Of a stretch of DNA of 64,000 bases, positions 20,418 through 28,742 are shown piece after piece. The stretch is from NCBI GenBank assembly GCA_965203725.1, contig CBDBDH010000003.1, forward strand, positions 259,973 to 323,972, given 5' to 3'. The position numbers and the translations under genes were made by a program. The notes beneath the pieces were generated by a model. The model did not search any database. It was not told the origin of the DNA and worked only from the letters and a program-made list of their open reading frames with translations. Every line of letters starts with the position of its first letter. Position 1 is the first letter of the stretch. This DNA is from Gammaproteobacteria bacterium (GTDB taxonomy: Bacteria; Pseudomonadota; Gammaproteobacteria; UBA4575).

Positions 20418-20600
20418 AGAGCGCATTCTGTCAAAAATGCGCACCTGCGGTACACCTGGGCCAACTGGCATGTCCAGCAGGGAACGCCGTTGCAGATGTT
20501 GCAGGAACTGGGCGGCTAGTCGGACTACTCGATGATCTTCCAGCACGCCTACTTGTCGGTCGAGCATCTAGCGAAGTATGCCGACTGCCTCTCGCCGCCC
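20418..20600 (+). pseudogene. 3'-terminal fragment of a P4-type tyrosine integrase gene (in-frame stop, N-terminal ~300 codons missing)
   Basis: Translation ...RAHSVKNAHLRYTWANWHVQQGTPLQMLQELGG*SDYSMIFQHAYLSVEHLAKYAD matches the integrase C-terminal catalytic box (H-x-x-R ... W ... catalytic Y), with TGG>TAG at the conserved Trp. Confidence 0.6.
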
Positions 20601-20680
20601 CGGCCGGTTAGCCAAAATCGGCAGAGAAGAAGAGCAATCAGGTATGCATCTAATTGCGTGATCCAACAAGTTAAAATGAC

Positions 20681-20711
20681 GCGCCCGGGGAGGTTCGAAC
20701 TCCTGACCGCC
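20681..20711. other. tRNA T-arm/acceptor-like fragment (possible att-site scar)
   Basis: GGAG-TTCGAAC-CTCC on the minus reading fits the T-loop consensus TTCRANY flanked by G53/C61 and is followed by a 7-nt acceptor-like strand. No D-arm or anticodon arm is present, so it is not a complete tRNA. Confidence 0.3.
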
Positions 20712-21004
20712 TGGTTCGCAGGCAGCAGGCAAGCACAGACTTTAGGATTTATGCGCTGAAGGCGTGTAATGTATTCAGGAAGCCACCTGCCGGGTACTCC
20801 ACGGTGTGTGCAAACATTCGCATGGGGCAGATACTCGGCAGGTGGCAGAACGCTTGATTCCTGCCAGGCCATGAGCCTGTAAGAGATGGGGCAGGCTCGT
20901 TAGGACCTGCCCCGGTTTTCGTGAGCGTACGAAATTTGGGAGCTTCGATTACTCACTGCAAAGGGGCGAAAATCATACTAAACGCCCCCTTGTTCTTTTG
21001 GGAG

Positions 21005-23023
21005 TTACTCCTTTCTCGCCCCGAAGGCGCCGGCTACAGAGCCGTTGCTAAAGAGGGAATTGAACTCGCCGGCCATCGAACCCGGAGCCGTCGTGGCACT
21101 GGCAGGGTCATTAGTTGCCGGAGTCACTGGCGTCGGGCCGTAGAAAGTTCCTGAGATCGACCCATCAGAGTTATCACCGCTGCCGCCCCCCTTGGCCGTA
21201 CCGGAGAAAGTGTTTGCACCCGTTGCACGGGTGGCCTGCACAGCTACCGACCACGTGTTGGCCTCTCCCCCAGACAACATGAAGTTGTCGATCGTACCAC
21301 TGACGGTGTTGAGCAAGTTCGGCGCGACAGTTCCCGCTTCGACGGGTGTCGTTTCAGGGTTATCTCCCGTCTGAGCAAAATACGCAATCAACGCCACATC
21401 TGCCGTGAAGTGACCGGAAGTGGCTGACACTAGACCGCCGACCGAGTTCTTCTCTTCATTCACGTACACGCCCGTGGCTTTACCTTCGTACGACGCACTC
21501 CCTTCGACTGTGTCGACTTCGCTCCCCGTGGAAACCGCAAGCGACGAACCAGCAAAGGTCTCGACCTCGTTGTAGGTGACCGCACCGTCTCCATCGGTGG
21601 TCTTCTTGAGCCAGACGCCGTAGTGCAGGTAGTCGTAGTCCGGCTGATCGGAGGTCGCGCCCTCATCTGGAATGAAGACCCAACCAGCAGAGTTGCCAGT
21701 AACCATACCCTTGTCGTTGAAGGTTACGGTGCAAGTTGTAGTACCGGTGCAGCGATATGTACCCTCAGCCCCGTTATAGGTGCCGTCGTGCACAGCCTCA
21801 TCCGTACCCGCGGTGGTCGCGTCGTTGAAGGTGTAGTTGAGAGTTCCACTCGTAGTGGAGCGCGCAAACATCAGGTTTGCATTCGCGGCTCCGGTATTGT
21901 CAGCGTCCACCGCGATAGCCAGAGCATTGTTAGTCTGGCCTTCTGCCTCAACAGCTGCTACGCCGGTGATGCCGTTGACGGTCAGTGCTTGAGGCCCCGG
22001 ATCCGCCGGGACAGCTCCCGCCTGCCACATCGCGAACGCTACCCCTTTGGGCGCTTCAATGTCGGTGCTGACGATCACAACTTCTACCTCAACATTGCCT
22101 TCGTCATCAGCTTCCATCGTGCGAGTGTGCATGGTGCGCCCGCCACCTAAATCCTCAACCTGCGTGAACTTCGGATCATCATCGCCCGCAGCATTAGGGT
22201 CTGTAATTGTGACAGTCGTGCCATCACGGTCGCGCTCAATTTTCAACCCGTAGACATCATTACTTGTGTCACTGTCGGTATCAGTCACTTCGGTCCTGGC
22301 AGTTCCGCCGAGACCGGCATCCGTCATTTGCGCTGCCTCGGTCGCGATAACCTTCGTCTTCGTTTTTGCTGTTTCGGTCGCCGCAACAGCCTCTGCATTC
22401 ATTTTTCGCTGATCAGCTTCATCGGAAATCATGGCTGTAGCCATACCACCCATGGAAGTGGCCATACCGTCCTCATTGACGGTGATGACACAAGCGACTT
22501 CGGCTGTATCTGGACATGAGTATGTGGTATCACCCCGGGTCATAGACTCACCAGGCTCTACCGTAAACGTTCCTGCATCTCCAAGATCGTCGTACCCTTC
22601 TGGAAGCCCACTTACATCAACCGTGTACTCTTGCATCCTCAAGCCTGCCAGCCGCTCTTCTTCTTCAACATCGTCAGTCACCATGCTGCTAACCGCTACA
22701 GTCGCCTCACCGCCGGTTGATGTAATGTTGCCGTCATCAGTCTGGGCGACGACACAAGCCTCACCGCCGGAAGGACATGAAAAAGTGACGTACCCTATGG
22801 TCTCCATCTCGCCGGGTTCAATGGTGACAGCTTCTGTGATACTGACCTCCGGGACCACATAATCGGAACTCGCAGGCAACGTGGGTTTCTCGGGTAACAT
22901 GATCATGTGGACCGTCGGGGCCATCGGCGTTGGGGACGAGCTGCCTCCACCCCCGCCACACCCGGCAATAAGCAGGAAAAGTGAGGCCACCAGGACCAGC
23001 ACAAATTTATCTGTTGATTTCAT
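21005..23023 (-). CDS. large acidic surface lipoprotein with TbpB/fHbp-like C-terminal beta-barrel (handle) domain
   Basis: Lipobox LLIAGC. C-terminus SGTFYGP...SMAGEFNSLFSNGSVAGAFGARKE matches the TbpB-family signature G-FYGP..EE-AG-F......FGAK. Internal ~65-aa tandem module with CP...AC pairs. Start is taken at MKSTDKF, M8 of the listed ORF. Confidence 0.55.
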   Translation of the reverse strand: MKSTDKFVLVLVASLFLLIAGCGGGGGSSSPTPMAPTVHMIMLPEKPTLPASSDYVVPEVSITEAVTIEPGEMETIGYVTFSCPSGGEACVVAQTDDGNITSTGGEATVAVSSMVTDDVEEEERLAGLRMQEYTVDVSGLPEGYDDLGDAGTFTVEPGESMTRGDTTYSCPDTAEVACVITVNEDGMATSMGGMATAMISDEADQRKMNAEAVAATETAKTKTKVIATEAAQMTDAGLGGTARTEVTDTDSDTSNDVYGLKIERDRDGTTVTITDPNAAGDDDPKFTQVEDLGGGRTMHTRTMEADDEGNVEVEVVIVSTDIEAPKGVAFAMWQAGAVPADPGPQALTVNGITGVAAVEAEGQTNNALAIAVDADNTGAANANLMFARSTTSGTLNYTFNDATTAGTDEAVHDGTYNGAEGTYRCTGTTTCTVTFNDKGMVTGNSAGWVFIPDEGATSDQPDYDYLHYGVWLKKTTDGDGAVTYNEVETFAGSSLAVSTGSEVDTVEGSASYEGKATGVYVNEEKNSVGGLVSATSGHFTADVALIAYFAQTGDNPETTPVEAGTVAPNLLNTVSGTIDNFMLSGGEANTWSVAVQATRATGANTFSGTAKGGGSGDNSDGSISGTFYGPTPVTPATNDPASATTAPGSMAGEFNSLFSNGSVAGAFGARKE

Positions 23024-23088
23024 AACAATAGGTCTCCCGTTCATATTGATGAATGAATCTTGAGTTGGCTTTGGCCTTACTTTTATTC

Positions 23089-23116
23089 GCGATAACTATA
23101 AATATCGGGAGTAAAC
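23089..23116. repeat. imperfect 28-bp repeat (palindromic core) immediately upstream of the integrase gene
   Basis: cgcgataactataaatatcgggagtaaac. About 24/29 identical to the copy at 24460-24489. Confidence 0.5.
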
Positions 23117-23152
23117 TTCCAGGGCTTGTACTTGTGATATGGAGGTCCCCGC

Positions 23153-24139
23153 ATGCACCCCGCAGCCCGTCGAAGACTCGAGCCTGTCGCCCCCGAGGTC
23201 GCCCCCGATACGGGACTGGGCGAGCGCCTGTCCGCCTACCTGAAGGACGCCAGGGGGGCGTTCAGCGAGAACACCGAGCGTGCGGTGCGCTCGGACGTGG
23301 AGATCTTCATGGACTGGTGCGAGACGAGAGGGCTGAGTGCCCTGCCCGCCAGTACGCAGACCCTGGTGTCGTATATCGATGCCATGGCCCGGGTCCGGGC
23401 CCCGGCGACGGTGCGCCGCTACGTCTTCAGCATCGCCACCCTGCATCGGGCGGTCCAGTTGCAGGACCCGTTGAAGAGAACCCGGGTAAAACTGGCCCTG
23501 CAGCGCATGCACCGCAAGCGGGGCCGCCGCCAGGAACAGGTGCGCGGGCTCACCTGGCCCCTGCGGGAGCGCATGCTGCAGGCCTGCGGCGACCGGCTCA
23601 TCGATGACCGCAACAAGGCGCTGCTGGCCGTGGCCTACGACACGCTGTTGCGAAGATCGGAGCTGGTGGCGCTGGAAGTCTCGGACTTACTGGTGGAGAT
23701 GGACGGCTCGGGGACCTTGCTGGTGCGCCGGGGCAAGACCGATCCCACCGGGGAAGGCGCCCTGCTGTACCTGGCCCCGGACACCATCAAGTTACTACAA
23801 GTGTGGCTCACCCGCAGCGGGGTGGTGCGAGGAAGACTGTTCCGTTCCTTGCGCAAGGACGGCCAGCTCGGGCTGAAGCTCGATGACAGCCAGGTGCCGC
23901 GCATCTACAAGTCCATGGCCAGGGCGGCGGGTCTGGGGGGCGACGTGGTGGACGGCTTGTCCGGGCACAGCGCCCGGGTCGGGGCGGCCCAGGACATGAT
24001 CGCCTGCGGCATCGAGCTGCCGGCCATCTTGCAGGCGGGGCGCTGGAAGAGCACGGCCATGGTGCACCGCTACGGGGAGCGGCTGCTGGCCAAGCGAAGC
24101 GGGGCCGCCCAGCTGGCCGAACTGCAGCACCGGCGATGA
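23153..24139 (+). CDS. tyrosine-type site-specific recombinase/integrase
   Basis: 328 aa. Catalytic-domain motifs LLRRSELVALEVSDL, GHSARVGAAQDM and RWKSTAMVHRY (catalytic Tyr). Good SD (GGAGG, 7 nt spacing). Confidence 0.85.
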   Translation: MHPAARRRLEPVAPEVAPDTGLGERLSAYLKDARGAFSENTERAVRSDVEIFMDWCETRGLSALPASTQTLVSYIDAMARVRAPATVRRYVFSIATLHRAVQLQDPLKRTRVKLALQRMHRKRGRRQEQVRGLTWPLRERMLQACGDRLIDDRNKALLAVAYDTLLRRSELVALEVSDLLVEMDGSGTLLVRRGKTDPTGEGALLYLAPDTIKLLQVWLTRSGVVRGRLFRSLRKDGQLGLKLDDSQVPRIYKSMARAAGLGGDVVDGLSGHSARVGAAQDMIACGIELPAILQAGRWKSTAMVHRYGERLLAKRSGAAQLAELQHRR

Positions 24140-24459
24140 GCCGGAGACAATGTCGATGACTTGAGCGTAGTGGATCGCTGTAGTTGGCCGAGTGGATCGG
24201 GCGGGCAGGCATGTGCGTGCCCAGGGGGATTGCTGTGCATGCATTCCGGGAGGAATCGCATGGCGGGACGTTTGATGTTATCAGGAGTAAAAACCGCACG
24301 GACCGGTCAGGGCGCCGGATGCCCGCCTGTGCCAGCACGAGCGGATTCGTCCCATTTTACTTCCATGGATTCAGGGAGTTATCATTAGACCGGCATGGGG
24401 TGGCTGCGGGCTGCGATGGCAGCCCTGGCGGAAAAACGATTCTGCTTTACAAATTAAAT

Positions 24460-24489
24460 CCCGATAGTTATAGCTATCGGGAGTAAAAC
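24460..24489. repeat. imperfect 30-bp repeat (perfect 8-bp-arm palindrome cccgatag-N6-ctatcggg) downstream of the integrase gene
   Basis: cccgatagttatagctatcgggagtaaaac, in direct orientation to 23089-23116. A partial inverted relative lies at 24611-24636. Confidence 0.5.
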
Positions 24490-24740
24490 CTTTCCTTCAG
24501 CAAGCCCCGAGCAGGCAGGGAACTGCCTGTTTTGCCTACAGTTATGACTGCAAGCCGCGGAGAATGTTCCCGTGCGATGACGGACAGGGGCTCGAACCGG
24601 TTCCTGGGTCGATTTACTCATTATATATAACTACAGAACATCCTCGCACAAGGCGTCGCCTCGGAGAATCCATCAACTGGTGGAGGGCCTGTTCATGAGG
24701 TTGCGCGCGGATACCGCACGGGGGAGACCGTTTGATGCCA

Positions 24741-24905
24741 TAGTACTGTGGCGGAGAGTGAGGGATTTGAACCCCCGGACCCTTTCGAGTCAACGGTTTT
24801 CAAGATCGCCATATTCGACCGCTCTGCCACCTCTCCGGTCAGATCAGGGAGAATACCTGAGTGGAACCAGAAACCACTACGCCGATGTTGTCTAATAAAG
24901 TACGG
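24741..24905. repeat. ~160-bp direct repeat, copy 1 (tRNA-Ser plus its upstream promoter region)
   Basis: About 85% identical to 27063-27227, including the flanking ggtcagRtcagggagaatacctga...tgtctaataaagta. Confidence 0.6.
24749..24836 (-). tRNA. tRNA-Ser (UGA)-like, diverged duplicate copy (possible pseudo-tRNA)
   Basis: 88-nt class II tRNA, anticodon loop CTTGAAA. Relative to the 27071-27158 copy it carries an A.C mismatch in the anticodon stem, a G7.A66 acceptor mismatch, and D-arm and T-loop changes. Confidence 0.65.
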
Positions 24906-24973
24906 TGATGGCTGTTGAGCATAGCTGTTGAACATAGAATTGCAACGCGCAACGTTTCGCGCGACAATTGTGC

Positions 24974-25249
24974 ATGAGGATTAGGCACAAGGGACTACGG
25001 GCGCTAGCCGAGCAGGACCAATCTGCTCGATTGCCCCCTGACCTCATAGACCGCCTTCGCCGAATCCTTACAGTTTTGGATGAGGCCCAATGGCCCCACG
25101 ACATCAGTACACGGCCTGGCTACCGACTGCATCCGTTAAAAGGCAGTCGTACAGGCCAATGGAGCATCAGCGTGTCAGGCAACTGGCGCGTTGTCTTCAG
25201 ATTCAAGAACAATGAGGCCGTGGATGTGGACCTTGTGGATTACCATTAG
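24974..25249 (+). CDS. higB: type II toxin HigB (RelE/ParE family, plasmid-maintenance killer)
   Basis: MRIRHKGLRALAEQD...GYRLHPLKGSRTGQWSISVSGNWRVVFRFKNNEAVDVDLVDYH is a classic HigB. Confidence 0.8.
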   Translation: MRIRHKGLRALAEQDQSARLPPDLIDRLRRILTVLDEAQWPHDISTRPGYRLHPLKGSRTGQWSISVSGNWRVVFRFKNNEAVDVDLVDYH

Positions 25250-25264
25250 CTAAGGAGAAAAACC

Positions 25265-25522
25265 GTGACTATGATCAATCCTTGTCACCCAGGCGAGACA
25301 CTGCGCGATGATCTTGTGGCGTCTGGCCTAACAGTCACTGACGCGGCGGCCAAACTCGGTTGCACTCGACAATCGCTGTCCCGCCTACTTAATGGCAAGG
25401 CAGGTATATCACCAACGATGGCACTTGCATTAGAACGCATGGGCTGGAGCAACGCCGCTTACTGGATGCGACAGCAGGCTGCATACGAACTGGCACTAGA
25501 ACGTAGCAGACAAGCTGCCTAA
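25265..25522 (+). CDS. higA: antitoxin HigA (XRE-family HTH)
   Basis: HTH LTVTDAAAKLGCTRQSLSRLLNGKAGISPTMALALERM. AAGGAG 11 nt upstream of the GTG at 25265. Confidence 0.8.
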   Translation: MTMINPCHPGETLRDDLVASGLTVTDAAAKLGCTRQSLSRLLNGKAGISPTMALALERMGWSNAAYWMRQQAAYELALERSRQAA

Positions 25523-25679
25523 CACCATAGATAGCCTTAGAGAGAAGGCCCATGCCTCATGCAGTCATGGAGACGGCCTACGGACGTAGCGAACTATTTG
25601 GGAAGCGCTACGAATTGATGGGCTATTACGTGCAGGGTATCTGATCGCATAACCTGAACACACAAGGAGGGTCGGTCCA

Positions 25680-26639
25680 GTGATTTACGAGGATGGGGTA
25701 CACGGCTTGCAAGCTATTTTATTCCCGGTCGACGAAGTGGACGTATATGCTGAAACTGAACCGGGACGGACAGAGAAGATTCCTCGCAAGAAGGCGCTCG
25801 TCAATGCGGATACACGCCGGGTTCTTGTGGTGGTAAACCGTACATACAATGTAGTCCTGAACCGCGACGCACTACGTCTGGCAAAGAAATGCTGTATTGC
25901 AGCCTTTCCGAATACCGCGCCGGCCAACTGGCACGTATCCAGCGTGGAAGCACCGAAGTCTGGCGGTCACTGTCACATCGATCTCGCGCACAAAGGTGAG
26001 TCTCCTCTGTACGACTGGACTTTCTCGCGCGCTGCGCAGGACCGATATGACCCTTTTGTCCGTGTCACCAATAGCTACAATGGCACGCGCCGCTTCTCAA
26101 TCCATTTCGGTATGATGCGCTTTAAGTGCACGAATGGCATGGTTTTCTGGGACACGTCTGTGAAGCTGTCCTTCACCCATGACGAGCCGGAAATCGAGCG
26201 GCAAATTGAGCGGGTAATCGATGAAGCGAAGTTCAGAGCAGCGATCGATCGACATCGCAGTCAATCTGACTGTCTGAACGAGCTTGCAATTCCAACATGC
26301 CATTTTCGTCCTATTGTGCTGTCCGTCCTTCGCATTCACAAACCCAAGGATTTGCCAAAAGACCGGGAGACTGACTGGAAGTGGCTGGAGAAGCGCATCG
26401 ACGCCATCATCGACAAATACGTAGGGGAATTTGGTGCAACCGGTGCAGCGCTCCTGAACGCATTGACAGACATTGCAACCCGCCCACCGAAAGATGAAGG
26501 ACGGTACAGTTTTATTCGCCGCGAGCGTCACAAACTCCAGCAACTGACTGGCACTTGGTTGGCATCTATTACTGCAGAAATAGGACTAAGTAGTTTCGAT
26601 TTAGAGACATACCTAGCGGATCACTTGCTCCGCCCCTGA
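25680..26639 (+). CDS. DUF932-family protein (mobile-element associated)
   Basis: 319 aa. The VTNSYNGTRRFS block parallels the DUF932 signature LTNSHDGSSA. GTG start with an AAGGAGG RBS. Confidence 0.5.
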   Translation: MIYEDGVHGLQAILFPVDEVDVYAETEPGRTEKIPRKKALVNADTRRVLVVVNRTYNVVLNRDALRLAKKCCIAAFPNTAPANWHVSSVEAPKSGGHCHIDLAHKGESPLYDWTFSRAAQDRYDPFVRVTNSYNGTRRFSIHFGMMRFKCTNGMVFWDTSVKLSFTHDEPEIERQIERVIDEAKFRAAIDRHRSQSDCLNELAIPTCHFRPIVLSVLRIHKPKDLPKDRETDWKWLEKRIDAIIDKYVGEFGATGAALLNALTDIATRPPKDEGRYSFIRRERHKLQQLTGTWLASITAEIGLSSFDLETYLADHLLRP

Positions 26640-27062
26640 AATATACTTTCGGATGAAGGCGACATTTGGACGGAAAGATTTTCTAGCTCAGAATAATATC
26701 TCTAAAAGTCGTTGATAGCTTGTATTAAAGAATCTCGACATGTTAGACGATAGCTTGACCGCGGCAGCCAGCTTGGAGAAGCAATTTCATGAGGTCAAGT
26801 GGGAAAAGAGGTCTTCTAGACCAAATCCGACATCCCAGATCGTACTGTCGACACAGATGCGAGGGGAGCCGGAGCCTAGCTCCAAGCGAAGTCCGGCAGT
26901 ATGTTTGATTGAGACGGTATTGCGCAAGTTCTCGAAATTATCTAGTTGTTCGCAGATGTCCTTAAGCTGCCCACCAATTCCGTCCACAAACCCCATACAT
27001 TTGCGGACGGTTTCGATTGTCGGTTCCTCGTCAGGGCCAAGTGGCACGATGCAAAGGACCCT

Positions 27063-27227
27063 GTTTACTGTGGCGGAGAGGGAGGGATTCGAACCCCCGG
27101 ACCCTTTCGAGTCAACGGTTTTCAAGACCGCCGCATTCGACCGCTCTGCCACCTCTCCGGTCAGGTCAGGGAGAATACCTGAATGATACCGGGAACTGCC
27201 AGTGCCGATACTGTCTAATAAAGTAGC
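27063..27227. repeat. ~160-bp direct repeat, copy 2 (tRNA-Ser plus promoter region)
   Basis: Partner of 24741-24905. Confidence 0.6.
27071..27158 (-). tRNA. tRNA-Ser (UGA), presumed native copy adjacent to yccA
   Basis: GGAGAGGTGGCAGAGCGGTCGAATGCGGCGGTCTTGAAAACCGTTGACTCGAAAGGGTCCGGGGGTTCGAATCCCTCCCTCTCCGCCA. All stems pair with at most G.U wobbles. serT-yccA adjacency as in E. coli. Confidence 0.9.
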
Positions 27228-27306
27228 AAAGATGACTTGAATTCGCCCGGAAAACCATTATGTTAGTAACATCAAGCATTTATTTTATTCTGGAGAACCC
27301 ACAGAT

Positions 27307-27978
27307 ATGAACGATCCAAGACTGCAAATGAGTAGTGTGAGCCAGGCTAGTGTCCTAGCCACCAACAAGGTGCTGCGCAATACCTATGCACTTCTTTCGG
27401 TTACCCTGATTTTCAGTGCGCTGATGGCCGCCTTGTCGACGGTCCTGCACGTCGGTCACGGCACCAGTCTGATCTGTTCCTTTGCCGCCCTTGCGTTGAT
27501 CTGGTTCGTGCTGCCCCGTACCGCTGAATCCGCAGCCGGTATCGGCGTCGTCTTCGCCTTCACGGGCCTGCTGGGCTTCGGGCTCGGGCCGGTCCTGAAC
27601 TTCTACCTCAATATGACACATGGCGCCCAGGCGATTGCGACATCCATGGGGGGCACGGCGGTCGTGTTCGTCGGACTGTCGGCGTATGCCCTGACCACGC
27701 AACGCGATTTCAGCTTTTTGGGAGGATTCCTGTTCGCCGGGCTGATGGTGGTGCTGCTGGCAGCACTGGCGGGAATTTTCCTCAACATGCCAGGCCTGTG
27801 GCTGGCCATCAATGCCGCGGTCATCCTGGTCTTCAGTGGCTTCATCCTGTTTGATACGAGCCGTATCATCCACGGCGGGGTCACCAACTACATCATTGCC
27901 ACGACCTCGATCTACCTCAGCATATACAACATCTTCATTTCCCTGTTGCATTTGCTGGGAGCCGCAGGCAACGACTGA
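27307..27978 (+). CDS. yccA: BAX inhibitor-1/YccA family membrane protein (FtsH modulator)
   Basis: 223 aa, 7 TM. Family-typical N-terminal region and conserved C-terminal motifs. Confidence 0.8.
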   Translation: MNDPRLQMSSVSQASVLATNKVLRNTYALLSVTLIFSALMAALSTVLHVGHGTSLICSFAALALIWFVLPRTAESAAGIGVVFAFTGLLGFGLGPVLNFYLNMTHGAQAIATSMGGTAVVFVGLSAYALTTQRDFSFLGGFLFAGLMVVLLAALAGIFLNMPGLWLAINAAVILVFSGFILFDTSRIIHGGVTNYIIATTSIYLSIYNIFISLLHLLGAAGND

Positions 27979-27990
27979 ACCGGGCCGTCG

Positions 27991-28176
27991 ATGGACTGGA
28001 TGAAGTTTGCCTACGCGGCGCTGATCGTCGCTTTGCTGATCTTCATCTTTCCCGCGGCAAAATACTGGCTGAAGAACAGCCCGAAGGCCGAGCGCGGCGA
28101 CTGGCAGGCATTCCTGCTGCCGATCAGCCTGGTGGTACTGTTCGTGGTCGGCCTGATGTGGATCGTAGGCCAGTAG
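27991..28176 (+). CDS. small two-TM membrane protein, hypothetical
   Basis: 61 aa, two hydrophobic helices. No recognisable homology. Confidence 0.25.
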   Translation: MDWMKFAYAALIVALLIFIFPAAKYWLKNSPKAERGDWQAFLLPISLVVLFVVGLMWIVGQ

Positions 28177-28210
28177 GACTCAGAATCCTGGCCCAAGGGG
28201 CTGGACGGCC

Positions 28211-28693
28211 CTAATCCCTGAAATTGTCAAACTGCACGGGGATGCCAAGCCCGGCGTCCCTGAGCAGGTTCATCACCTTCTGCAGATCATCCCGCTTTTT
28301 CCCGGAAACGCGCAGCTTGTCTCCCTGGATGGCGGTCTGGACCTTGATCTTGGAATCCTTGATGATCTTGACCATCTTTTTTGCGATGGCCTGGTCAATC
28401 CCCTGCCGTACTGCCACGACCTGTCTCGCCCGCAGGTTCGCCTCCTCCACCTGGCCTCTTTCCAGACAGCCCACATCGATCCGGCGCTTGGCCATTTTCT
28501 GGATGAGAATGTCATAGATCTGGTCGATCTGGAATTCGGACTGCGCCTCGATGCGCAAGGCAGAATCTTCCTGGGCAACCTTTGCATCCGAGCCCCTGAA
28601 GTCATACCGGTTGGAGATTTCCCGGTTGACCTGGTCCAGTGCATTGGTCAGCTCGTGAGCATCCACTTCCGATACGGCATCAAATGAAGGCAT
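28211..28693 (-). CDS. yajQ: YajQ family cyclic-di-GMP-binding protein (UPF0234)
   Basis: MPSFDAVSEVDAHELTNALDQVNREISNRYDFRGSDAKV... is typical YajQ. Confidence 0.85.
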   Translation of the reverse strand: MPSFDAVSEVDAHELTNALDQVNREISNRYDFRGSDAKVAQEDSALRIEAQSEFQIDQIYDILIQKMAKRRIDVGCLERGQVEEANLRARQVVAVRQGIDQAIAKKMVKIIKDSKIKVQTAIQGDKLRVSGKKRDDLQKVMNLLRDAGLGIPVQFDNFRD

Positions 28694-28742
28694 AATTCGT
28701 GTTCTCCTGTCTTGGCAGCTTGAAAGCAGCTAACATCATACT

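Larger units (their letters stand above)
19800..27230. mobile_element. composite, partly decayed integrative island(s) at the tRNA-Ser/yccA locus
   Basis: Bounded by the housekeeping genes pyrC-like and yccA. Contains an integrase pseudogene fragment, an intact integrase, two toxin-antitoxin pairs, DUF932, a duplicated tRNA-Ser, and visibly lower-GC patches. Confidence 0.5.

Noticed and set aside
20681-20760. Tried to fold 20681-20757 (minus reading) as a complete 77-nt tRNA adjacent to the integrase fragment.
   Set aside because: The acceptor stem pairs at only 4-5 of 7 positions and there is no D-arm or anticodon arm. It is kept only as a T-arm/acceptor-like scar.
24680-24935. ORFs 24680-24895 (+) and 24693-24935 (-), and the analogous 26787-27152 (-), 26946-27182 (+) and 27017-27226 (+), overlap the tRNA-Ser copies.
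   Set aside because: Their translations are read-through of the tRNA genes (the identical peptide ...[22 protein letters not shown] appears at both copies). The part of 26787-27060 outside the tRNA is low-GC and could be a gene remnant, but no family was recognisable.
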